Made by a program: the position numbers and the translations under genes. Positions 12,436 through 24,293 of a stretch of DNA of 64,000 bases are shown here, piece by piece. The stretch's first letter is position 1; every line of letters begins with the position of its first letter. A model generated the notes under the pieces. It did not search any database and was not told where the DNA came from. It saw only the letters and a list, made by a program, of their open reading frames with translations. The stretch is from the NCBI GenBank assembly GCA_964016885.1, contig OZ024740.1, positions 205,220,001 through 205,284,000 of the forward strand, written 5' to 3'. The DNA is from Eledone cirrhosa. Taxonomy: Eukaryota.

Positions 12436-14439
12436 ATTAGAGTGTTGGACTTAATATTGTAATGCCATGGGTTTAATTCTTGGACCACTCAGCTGAAAAT
12501 GAGTACCAGCTGGGGGGTTAACCTTGCTATGAACTGTTGTCCTTTTCAAGGTGCAGTCTTGTACTTTCAGGTCAATGAAATCGAGATAAGCTCTGGCTTG
12601 ATGAGCTTTTGGGATTGGGATAGAGTTTAACTTCTTTTAAAGCAAGTAAAATTTAGAGACATGATGGATCTTCTGTTGGTTTTGATGATTATCTTTTAGT
12701 TTAATTGAACATCCAATGTGTGAATTAAAGTGTAAGTGGTGCCATGATAAAATGCTTCCAGTACATGATGTAAAGTGGTTAGCAGTAGGAAGGGCATCCA
12801 GCCATAGAAACCATACTAAAAACAATATATTAGGAAGGTGCAGTCATCTGACCTGTCTAGTCTCAGAACATGACAATCCATCTAATCCATGCAAGCATAG
12901 AAAATAGATGTAAAATGATGATGATGATGATGCATACTCTTAATGTAATTTCATAAGATGCAGCTAAAAGGGAGGGCACCAGGATGGGTATCCAGTTATA
13001 AAGCATTGCTTTAAAAAAGACACCATGATAAGCCTTTCATGAGGCCTGTAAGCCTTAACACATGCTTTAGTAGGGAAAAATGGCCCTAAAATGCTAGCTG
13101 CTGAAATGAAAGAGTAATGAATGGGTTAAAGGGTATATGGGACTACATTGTCTTCTGTGTCATTTCTTTATTTAAGATGTTTGTGTGAGATTTTATAGAT
13201 ATTTGACTACTATTTCTAACTGATCAGGAGAGTGTGCATTGCGGCTCCCTTATTGGTTATCTTAAGAGGAAACAATCAATTATGCCTCTACCACTCTCTT
13301 TCCTCTGTATCACTGTAGGTATTTAACAACCAAATATTAAACCTTATTAATTAACTTGGATCACTTTAATTACTCCATTTGCATTACTGTGATTACTCTG
13401 TGAAAGTAGCACAAAGCTTGTGATACAATTATTGATTTTTAACATCCATCTTTCTATTTGATTAGATGAATTATTAATGCAGTTTCTTTTCTCAACTCAG
13501 ATTCTCTCACTAAATATTCCATTTAAGGATTAATACTTTTATCAAAAATTCAAACCTCTCATGTTTCTGTTTCTGTAGTCTTCCTCTATACTAATCAATA
13601 GTTGTAGTATTTACTTAGCTTACTAGTTTTTCTCTTTATATAGAGTGGGGTGACAAGACAGCTCATTCTACTCTAGCTTACTGTTGCTTGGGAGAGAGAA
13701 TGGAGGAGGCACAAGAAAGGAAGCACTAGGTGTATGCTAGTGGAGGTTGACAGTAGAGGGTTTGTAATGACCATGGAATCATGGGCATTAATGGAGCAAG
13801 CAGAAGAGCCATAAAAAACAATATGGAAGCATCAAAGAGAGCATCTAGATGACTATGGTTGAAGAGAGTGATCAATAGGAGTCAGTCGTATGTATATCAC
13901 TTGAACACAGGCTGAGAGTTCATCAACCTTGCTTAGGTCATCTGGATGAGGGTGTATATTATAAGACCCAAAACACCCAGTGACTCCAGGATATAACATT
14001 AATTTAGATACAGATTTTAAGCTATAGATTTTAAGAACCTTTAAGTTATAGTCAACATGCCAGCTTGATAATGAGAAAGTTAAATTCAATAATCAAGTTC
14101 CTACAACTGGTTTTGCCAATCGTTGGGGTGTTCCTCTAGATTTTCACTATGTCCATCATAGCATTTCTGTGGGCCTTAGAAGTGTTTGGTGGTGCTTGTC
14201 TCCTCTTCAAGTTAATTAAAAAAACCTCCAAATTTTTTATTATGTTCCAAATTGTTTGAATTACAAACAGTGTCTTTCATTAGAAATATGATAATGAAAT
14301 GGTTGGATTACTGTATTTAGTTTTAAATATTGATTTTATCTTTATTTTTACATTTTCTTTTGTACTTTTGTGAAAAACATTTCTAAATTTTAATTATTTT
14401 ACAGACTATTTTCTTTGTATTTTTTTCTATGAATTATTG

Positions 14440-14610
14440 GCTAAAGGACATTGAACAGCTTTAGACTTAGCTAAATACATTGAACAGATTTAGACTTAGC
14501 TAAAGACACGGAACAGATTTAGACTTAGCTAAAGACACTGAACAGATTTAGACTTAGCTAAAGACACTGAACAGATTTAGACTTAACTAAAAACATTGAA
14601 CAGATTTAGA
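14440..14610. repeat. Minisatellite, 29-bp unit x ~6
   Basis: agctaaagacactgaacagatttagactt repeated head to tail with no spacers. Confidence 0.92.
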
Positions 14611-15149
14611 TATACTAAAGTAACAAGCAGGAAATAAATTCCATTTTCCTCTTGAAGAGTATTCAATTGTAATTAATTTAACACTTTGTGCAAGAAACCA
14701 AATTTAATATAGAAAATCAATTGTAAAATGTTCAAATGAAAAAAGAAAAAAAAATCACATCATTTTACATCTGTTCTTCCTGCTAGCAAGTGTTGGATGG
14801 GTTGTTGCTACTGACCTCACAGATTAGCTAAGGATGGGGCGGGGGGCATCTTGCTGTAGGTTTTCTTTTCTTCATTATATTCATGAATTATAGTTTTTCA
14901 AAAAACACATTCAAATTTTCTATTCAATGAGAGTCATTGGTAGAATTATTAGGGTGTTGGATAGAATGCTTTACAGCATTTATTTTGGTTCTCTGTTCTC
15001 TGAGTTCAAATCCTTCTATGGTCAACATAACATTTCCTCCTTTCGGGATCCATAAATAAAATACTAGTCAAGTAATGGGGTTGGTATTTCTTCTATTGGC
15101 TGATTTTACTCATTATAATTATGGATTATAAATTAAAAGTTTCATTGTA

Positions 15150-15232
15150 CCATCATCACCACCACCACCACCATCATCATCATCATTATCACCATTACCA
15201 TCACGATCACCATCACCATCACCATCATCACG
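15150..15232. repeat. (CAT/CAC)n trinucleotide microsatellite
   Basis: Directly visible; it produces the poly-His ORF 15121-15330. Confidence 0.9.
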
Positions 15233-16297
15233 TTGCAGTTCAATATAAACATTTAGTTGCATATATCATACTTAGAATGAAGTATGGGCATAGAAAATCC
15301 TGCATTGAACTAAAATCACTTGATAGATGAGTAAAATTTTACTTCTCTAAATCTTTATTTGTTAACTCAAACAACAGTAGAATCACCTGACCTTCATTCA
15401 GGAATCTCATATTGCTACTGTTACAACAGTATTAATCCCATTCATTTTCCCTGCTAAAGTAAGGGTTTGCCTTGTGGACCCCATGGCAAACATCTCCATT
15501 TTGCCCTTTCGTCTACATCTCCCTGCACCAACCCTTTGGCTTTCATTTCTTTCATCTGTAGCCATGTCTTTCCTGGTCTTCCCCTTCTTTCACTTCCTTC
15601 CACATCCATTTTGATTGCTACATTAAATATAAAATGTAATTTAAATGAGTTACAGATTAACTAAAGATTGAAATATAAAGTTATATACTTTTGTTTAGAT
15701 ATTAAGAAGAGGCACAAATTCTTCAAATTGATATGTTAGATACTTAACATGGTCAAATAATTATGAAGTATGCTTCACAATCATAAGATCTCGGATTTGA
15801 GCCAATTTTTATTTGGAGTTGCTGCCTCTTTGGCGGGGTTGGGGGGACCATATCTTGCTCATATGACAAGTCTTCTAAAGATGGCAATTTACGTAGTGTA
15901 CTAGGTGTATTTTATCATACATAGCAAAACAGTCCTTTTCACTCTGCCAGATGTTCTTTCTGGATATAAGTGCCTGGTTGGGAGAGGGTGTAATTTAAAA
16001 GGGGTGGGGGGTGAAGAGCAAGAGATTAAATAAGGAGAGAGCATGATTAAAAGTGTGAAGGGGTTGAAAACGTAATAGGATGGTAGATGAGGGATAGAAA
16101 CATTGGTAGTTGCATGCTGGTCGTTGTAACAAAACTGACAGCTGGCTTATTTTCCTTTAATTTGTATTTGTATGGTGAGTGACATGCAAACAAAGTCTAG
16201 GAAGACAATTTAAAGAAAATGTTCAAAAACTTGTTCGTAATTTTCAAAATACCAGCAAGAGAAAATACAGTAATATATATATATATATATTAATATA

Positions 16298-17060
16298 CTA
16301 GCAGTGTAGCTTGTTGTCAGGCAATTTTCACCATAGAATGTCTTTCTGTAATTTCTTTTATACTGTCTCTTTCCATGCCTCATCTCCCATTACCTATTGG
16401 GAGGTACATTTCACCATAACTGACTTTTTTTTATTTATCTGATGGGTTGAGTAAGAAAACATGGAAATATAAAGCTATTTAAGAAAAGCAACAAATAGTA
16501 AGGTAATTGATTTATTAGCAGTGCATTTATACAGATTTATACATGAAAGGAATTCTTTTCTTCTTTCTTCAGTAAGGATTTCTTCGATGGATAGGCCTCA
16601 TGATTAGGATGGATTTCTGCATTATTTGGGGCAATTTATCTTTTCTTGATAAATAATGTTTTTAGTTTTCCATTTGGTGCATAGATGTAACAATTTTTCT
16701 TACTTCCTAAAGCTGACCAAGGGTGAAGCAGGACTAGTCAAGCTGTAAACGAACAACCAAAAATATTTGCCCCTGTGATTTGTTGATGGTCATGACAAAT
16801 CTAAGACTCACTGGAAATGGAAGTTGTTTGAATTCAAATGGGACATCAGTGGGGATCAGAGGAATTCTTGGGATAAACACATCCTCTCTACCATATCCCG
16901 TTGAAATGGTGGCTTGATTCACGTGTGGATACATTTTTTCACAACCAGTCAAGGGTCGATGCATAGCCTTAATGGGTCCAAATTCCTTAATAACATGATG
17001 GGTGCACCTAGGGATTTAAATCACTGATGTTCAGTGCTAATCACCCAATCATGAGACTAA
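16298..17060 (-). mobile_element. Helitron 3' remnant (PIF1-family helicase C-terminus and CTAG terminus)
   Basis: ORF 16734-16964 has EDVFIPRIPLIPTDVPFEFKQLPFPVSLRFVMTINKSQGQ. Neighbouring frames give GAPIMLLRNLDP and IYAPNGKTKNI. The - strand ends ...ctgCTAG|T at 16298 after a decayed hairpin. Confidence 0.82.
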
Positions 17061-19257
17061 AACTGATTATGGTAGTTGCAATGTGTGGAGGAAGATTGAG
17101 GCCACATGCTACGAAAGCAGTTGAATGATGATGAAGCACCAATGTGACTTCGAAGAAATATTGTCTGGGGAGTATATCAATATGTGAATTACAGGTACAG
17201 TCTGATGGGTTTCTAAATAGTTTCCATCTACTCACAAGGCTTGAGATGACAAAAAACTATGATACTTGTCTAAGATCACACATAGTGGGATTGAATGCAG
17301 GACCTAATGGTTGTGAAATAAACTTCATAACTATTCATCTATATTGCATCCACTGAATTTTTAAATATTTTGTGACTGTTTAGCCTACTTTCAGGAAATA
17401 ATCAACTGCATAATCTACAGATTCTAATGATTTCTCTTTATTGATTTAGTTACTTGTATCATTTCCTGAAAAAAATATTTTTCTAGCTGTGTGATTCTTG
17501 TAAATAATATGTAGTTTGTTTTTAGATTCTAATTTTTTTTTATTATGAGAAAAATAATTCCTACACATTAACATAATGGTTAGTGAACAGCCTGAGAGAA
17601 TATATCCTTGTTGCAGATTTGACAACCTCTCTAGTGTTAGTTCCATGATAAAATACACCCATTACACTTTGTAAAGTGGTTGACGATTGAACAGAGACAC
17701 TTTAATGTAGAGAGAAATCTTCAGTTTTGATGAGTTCATGACAACCTTTCTAGTGATGGTCACATGATAAATGTACTCAGTACATTCTGTAAAGCGGTTG
17801 GTGTTAGGAAGGGCATCCAGCTGTAGAAACCATGCCAAAATATGAAAAATATAAACAATGCCTGGCTATTTGACCCATTTTGTCTTGGATTGTGCTGACT
17901 CATCCAACCCAAGCCAGCATAGAAAAATGGATGTAAAATAGCGATGTGGATGATGTCTTCAGCTTTGTGTCAATTTTCCTTGCACATCATCACCATCATC
18001 ATTTTTATGTTCATTTTTCCAAGCTGGCATAGATTTGGCAGGTTTATTTCAACTTAGCATCTTTCCTAGTTGCTGTCCTTTAACATCATCTTTAAGAAGC
18101 CAAGTATATTGAGACCAGTCCCCACTAATTCCACCCTTACGTCCAGGCTTCCTCTTCTGCTTGTATTGTTTAACATTAGAACAATCACCACCACTTCTGC
18201 CCTCATCTTTCATCTCTCTCTTCTGGTTATATTGTTCTCTATCTCCTTCATCTCATCAAAGGCAATATGAAGTACTTTTCAGAATTTATGTACAATAGAA
18301 GTATCTTTTAGCCTCTATACCTACCTTTTCCAGTGTCTTCTGTGTCTGGCATTATCTAGCACTTACCCTGTGTGTCACTGATAACTAGTTCATATTAAAT
18401 GGTAAATTCATCACAGGAGAACAAATTAGCATTAATTATCAACTCTCTATCTTGTTTTCTGATGAGAATGAAATCTATCAGGCTAGCATGTTTACCTGAG
18501 TGATAGGTGTAGAGGTGGTGAGTTGGCTTTCTGAAATTTGATCTACTAATTATCAGTCCTTTAAATCACAAAACTCAAAGAGCCTTGATCCCTCAACATT
18601 TCTTGTAGGCATGAGACCAATTTATGTAGGCGAGGGGTTTAATGGAAGGAATTATATATATATAATATCATCATCATTATATATCTGTTTTCCCTGCTGA
18701 CATATATGAGATGATTTGGGTTGAGGGATGGTCTTCTGAGTTATATGGCTCTACAAAGAAGAAAGCAATGAATAATACTAACAGCTTCAAATTTCATGTA
18801 TATTTTCTCCTTTGTTTAATTCATTAGATCTTTATATTTAAGTTGTATTTTAAGCATTGGCCTAATTCTGTTATAATATTTGTTGTACTTGTTCACATCT
18901 CTCTCTTATTTCTTTATCTCATACAACCTGACTTATTTTCAAGTATGAACTCACATGATAAAACACACATATATTAAATACAAAAACAAAGGAAGGTTAA
19001 CTTAAAAACAAAAGCCAAATAAAAAAAGGTTTCTATAGAAAGAGTTTATTTGTTGTTTTTGAATTGATTTAGAAAATCTGAAATATATTTTTTAGTCTAT
19101 GGCATTGAAAACGTTTGGTGGGTGGGGTACAGCAAGGTTTTTGAACTCTGTTCCAGCACCAACCTCAGGATTCAACACCAACATTGGATGAGTTGTGTAA
19201 CATAGTGCTTTTCCTACTATTACATGATGGTTAACTAAACGGAATTACCAGTTCTAT

Positions 19258-19303
19258 CCAATGGTGAACCACTAAACATAAATGTTTAGTGGTTCACCAT
19301 TGG
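19258..19303. repeat. Perfect 22-bp inverted repeat with a 2-nt loop
   Basis: ccaatggtgaaccactaaacat-aa-atgtttagtggttcaccattgg. Confidence 0.95.
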
Positions 19304-19949
19304 CTATTCCAGTGTTTTAGTGTCACTTTCATCCATGGAAATACTGTTGCTTGCCTCAGAATTATTTCGAGGTAAACACCAATAATTCCTTGTTGTAGCA
19401 TGTAAATGAATGTGCACTTCTTATCTCTTTTTTTTGTTTGATAAATTTTTTTTAAATTTTTTTTATTTTGTAAATCATATTTATTATATAAATGGTATTT
19501 TAGTAGTTTTTAAGACTATCCACCTGTTTGTAGGACTAGTCAATTATATACAGTATGGCTTATTCTGACAGTCTACTGATTCTATTTCCAGATAAGCCAC
19601 TCTCCAAGTACATCAGCAGTTTTAAATCATTCTGTTTAGAAGCTCAACAGACTGCTGACCAGTTAACAGAGATTCTGTGGAATGGGCCTACTGCTTGTTA
19701 CAAGCAAATATCAGAAGCAAAGTGTTTCCCAGATTCTCCTATTTCTAAGTGAGCATCATTATATTTTATGTTTAACCTATGTACTCCTGACATAAAGTAT
19801 TAACTTTAATTTAGAGATGAGTAATGTAGAACTATCAAAGAAAGAGGTTTGATTCAACATTGTTTTTGTTCATTACCTCATTCAAGGTACACCATGGACA
19901 ATGGAGTGTGTTTCACAGAATTTATGAAATTGTAAGGTTCACTGATGCA

Positions 19950-21912
19950 GCAGCGTAGTAAGTAAGGCAATCAAAGATATGAAGATGGGGAAGGCAACCG
20001 GTCCATCGGGTATAGCTGCCGAGATGCTGAAGGGATCTGGGTCTGTAGGTCACACTATAACCACACGTATCGTTAACCAGGTAATACTAGAAGGTGCCAT
20101 ACCAAAAGATTGGTGCAGTAGCATCATTGTCAACTGCTACAAAGGTAAAGGCGATGCACTAGATAGAGGAAACTATAGAGGTATAAAGTTGATGGACCAG
20201 GTCATGAAAGTAACAGAAAGAGTTATAGCACAGCTGATTAGGGACCGGGTGAAAATAGACGAGATGCAATTTGGGTTTGTACCAGGAAGAGGCACCACTG
20301 ATGCCCTCTTCCTTGTGAGGCAATTACAGGAAAAGTACCTAGCTAAAAGTAAGACACTCTACTTGGCATTTGTCGACCTTGAGAAAGCCTTTGACAGAGT
20401 ACCACGTGCTGTAATCTGGTGGGCTCTTAGAAAACTAGGAGTAGATGAATGGCTTGTGAAAGCAGTACAAGCCATGTATAGGGGAGCAGTCAGCAAAGTT
20501 AGGATTAGCAATGAGTATAGCGAGGAATTTAGCGTACAGGTTGGGGTCTACCAGGGCTCTGTTCTTAGCCCTCTCCTGTTCATCATAGTCCTGCAGGCAA
20601 TAACGGAGGAGTTTAAGACCGGATGCCCATGGGAACTCCTGTATGCTGATGACCTCGCACTCATAGCTGAATCTATGGTAGAACTAGAGAATAAATTCCA
20701 AACTTGGAAGCAGGGACTAGAAAGAAAGGGTCTCAAAGTCAACATGACAAAGACTAAGGTCCTTGTAAGTAGACGAGAAAACAGAACCCAGATCCCCTCA
20801 GGGAAATGGCCTTGCTCAGTATGTAGGAAAGGTGTAGGTAGGAACTCCATTCTCTGCCCCAAATGCAAACAATGGGTACACAAGAGATGTAGCGGGATCT
20901 CAGGAAGCTTAATTAAGAATGTAGGATTCACATGCAGCAGCTGTGCTGAGACAGCAAGCAGCAAACAGCCACAGGAAACAAGTACCACCAATCTCTGGGA
21001 GGGCCCTGTAGAAACAGTAGACAGCTTCTGCTACCTAGGTGACCGAATAAGCAGCGGAGGTGGGTGTTCAGAAAGTACAATAACTAGGGTAAGAACGGGA
21101 TGGAAGAAGTTTAGGGAACTACTACCACTGCTAGCTGCAAAAGGCTTCTCCCTCAGAATGAAAGGCAGACTGTATGATGCGTGTATCCGAACAGCGATGT
21201 TGCATGGTAGTGAGACCTGGGCGCTGAAGGTGGAAGACTTACATAGATTAGAGAGAAACGAAGCCTGCATGCTCCGATGGATGTGTAACAGTAATATACG
21301 TGAACGACAAAGCATAAATGAATTGAGAGAGAGACTGAGCATAAGAGGAATCAAATGCTGTGTGCAGGAGAGGCGGTTGCGCTGGTATGGACATGTGATG
21401 CGTATGAAGGATGACAGCTGCATAAAAAGGTGCAGAGCACTAGAAGTTGATGGAAACCGCGGAGTGGGGAGACCCAAGATGACCTGAGATGAGGTGATAA
21501 AAGCCGACCTTACCCAATTGCACCTCTCAAAGACAATGACACATGACCGTGAATTCTGGCGTCACGCAGTAATACAGATTACCCGACCTCCCATGGGTAC
21601 AAGCTGAAGCATATAGACAATATGCCTCCACACCCTCCACCGCAAGGTGGTCGTGGAGGTGCCACGGCAAAAAAGCCCCCAGCCCACACTGTAAAGTGGA
21701 CGTGTAGGCGCCACGAAAAAGCACCCAGCACTCACTGTAAATGAGGTTGGTGTTAGGAAGGGCATCCAGCTGTAGAAATCAAGCCAAATCAGTTCCTGTA
21801 TGAGCAAGGCATGGTCAGCCGACCAGACACTGCCCACAACAGGACAACCCGTCTAACCCATGCTAGCGTGGAAGAACGGACGTAAAACGGTGATGATGAT
21901 GATGATGATGAT
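19950..21912 (+). mobile_element. 5'-truncated RTE LINE with a nearly intact RT region, a PHD-like Cys/His insert, 3' UTR and (GAT)n tail
   Basis: 502-aa ORF 19979-21487 with NYRGIKL, QFGFVPGRGTTDA, FVDLEKAFDRVP, QGSVLSPLLF and YADD motifs. It contains a CSVC..CPKC...HKRC...CSSC insert and ERRLRWYGHVMR. A TGA replaces the Trp in RPKMTW. The tail lies at 21891-21912. Confidence 0.95.
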
Positions 21913-23873
21913 CACAGAAAAGAATTAGTGTTGCAACGAGTGGAATTTATTGGACATATTACAATCGTTTCTCTGTCGACCAGCTCGAGGCACAATCGAT
22001 GTGATGATCGAACCTGACTCTGAAAATCGCAAGGTCCTCAGATACGTCATGATTCTACGAAGCAGATTTTCCTAATATATATATATATGAAGGCACATGG
22101 CTTCATGGTTAGAGCATCAGGCTTACAATTGTGAGGTTTTCTCGTTCGAGTTGACTCAGCTGTAGAAATGAGAGGCTGGTATGCATGAGTGACTGCTGGT
22201 TTTCCACAGACAACCTTGCTTGGACTTGTACCTCAGAAGAGAACTTTCTAGGTGCAAATTCCATGGTCATCCATGACTGAAGGGGGTCTTTACCCTTTAT
22301 ATATAATGTGATTCACTGAATTACTAGTGGTGGTACCAATATGACCATTTGGTCACAGGCTGACTGTATGTAATAAGGAAAAAAGTTTTGTTTACATGTA
22401 TTTATGTCTTTATTGTGAATCGACCTGTTAAACACATTTCACAGATGATTGGCTCAAAGTCATGAGCAGATTGATGCTGTAGTTGGGTCCATAACTTCCA
22501 TGGGTAACCTTGAATCAATCATCTCTGAAATGCATGTAACAGGTTGATACACAATAACAATACAAATACATGTAAGTTACAAACACCAGCTTAACAACAA
22601 GAAAGTTATATTACTAGATCATTCTAAATACTAGATCATTTAAAAAATACTTGAAAATAATAGAAAGTGCCTTTCATTAGAAATAGGGTAACAAAAAGGC
22701 TAACCCTTTTGATACCAACCCATCCAAAACTGGCTCTGTTTCTATGAAACAACAACACATTTTAAAGTGTTCCTTCATAAAACCTTCCAACATAATTCTA
22801 TAAAGAACATTTTGGTATGTTACAAATATCATCTTAATGAAATTATAAGTTTAGTAAATCCTTTCCAAATTTTTAATTATATCAATAATTGTTTCTGCTT
22901 TTGGCACAAGGTCAGCAATTTGAAGGGCAAGGTAAAGATGATTAAATTGACTCCAATATGTTACTAGGACTTTATTTTATTTGCCTCATATGGATGAAAT
23001 GTAAAGCTAACCTCAGTGAAATTTGAACTCATTAATTAAATAATACAAAGTATTTCATTAGAAATACAGTAACAAAAGGGTTAATATAACTTGAACTAAT
23101 CCACATCTGTTCACATGAACTTATGTACCACCTTTCCATGTGACCTTAAGCTTCTCACTATTTCTCTAAATAATTACACATAAATACAGACCTCATTTGA
23201 TCCAAGCTGACTTCAACTGCTTGTGCCTGTTGTTGTTGTTGGACCCCTGTTAGCTCTGACGACAAGTGTTCCAGTTGTCAGGACAACAAAACAGCCTGCT
23301 TAATATGCAAGTGGCTGAACATTCCACAGATGTGTACTCTTAACATAATTCCATAATTTTCAGGGAGATTGAGTGACAAGACTTGCTCTTTGAATTACAG
23401 GTACAACACATTTTTGTCAGCTGAGTGGATTGGAGCAACATGAAATAAAGTGTCTTGCTCAAGGACACAACATACTGCTGGAAGTTGAATCCATGAACAC
23501 ACTAACCATTAAGCCACATATCTTCACTTGCTTGTGCTTACTCTACAGCTGTATATGTATATTAGCACATTCTATTATTCCAGTATATCTTGTCTGTAAC
23601 TGGGAATTACAAATACAATACAATTAATTATGAATACAATGCATACATTAACAATTCTAATTAAAACGGGTAGGTATAATTTGCCTTACTTGTTTTGTCA
23701 ATCCAAACTATATGAGAAAAGATAGGATCAAAAGGAAGTGATATCAAATTTATCATAATTACTGATATTTTAGATTGACTTCCTTTGTATCTATGTCACG
23801 AGATGTTTGATTTCATAATTAAAACTGATTATAAAGTGTAAAAGTATGTCAAAAGGTTTTATATTAATTAATA

Positions 23874-24293
23874 TTTAGTGAGCTGGTCCCAGGGTTACTT
23901 ACTCCAGTAAGTACCACCAGATCCCAACTACTAAATTTAATAGAAATATGAGATAGGAAAATTTCCATACAATATCATGCCGTGTGAGAATTATCTCTCA
24001 CTACAAGAAGTAATGACTGAAAGTGTAACGAATTTCTCAAAACGAGTATCAAAAATAACTTGCATTTATTGTAGTCCATGTTACAAACGTGGTAAACAAA
24101 TATCCTCGTGGCATAACGAGGTATAATCCTGAACCTTGAGATGTGGTTGGAGAAAGGTTAGCATGCTTGCACTCGATGTGGTCAGTTTGAGAAAAGCCGC
24201 CAAAAAGAGGAAGATGGATTTCAGTTTCCTCTTTTATAATCCCTTGAACGGAAGTTAAAAGGAAGGTTCTAGAATTTCAACGGGAAGTAACTC
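23874..24293 (-). repeat. 3' LTR of the Gypsy element, lacking about 31 bp of its U3 start
   Basis: Near-identical to 27585-28004. The PPT abuts agttacttcc instead of TGTAGCG. Confidence 0.9.

Noticed and set aside
14440-14610. CRISPR-like 29-bp repeats
   Set aside because: The units are contiguous with no unique spacers, no cas genes are present, and the context is eukaryotic.
15121-15330. Poly-His ORF, and similar ER/VC/HT-repeat ORFs elsewhere
   Set aside because: They are translations of microsatellites.
20548-21477. Antisense ORFs over the RTE, Tx1, Gypsy and PLE coding regions
   Set aside because: Shadow frames of the sense transposon ORFs, with no independent motifs.
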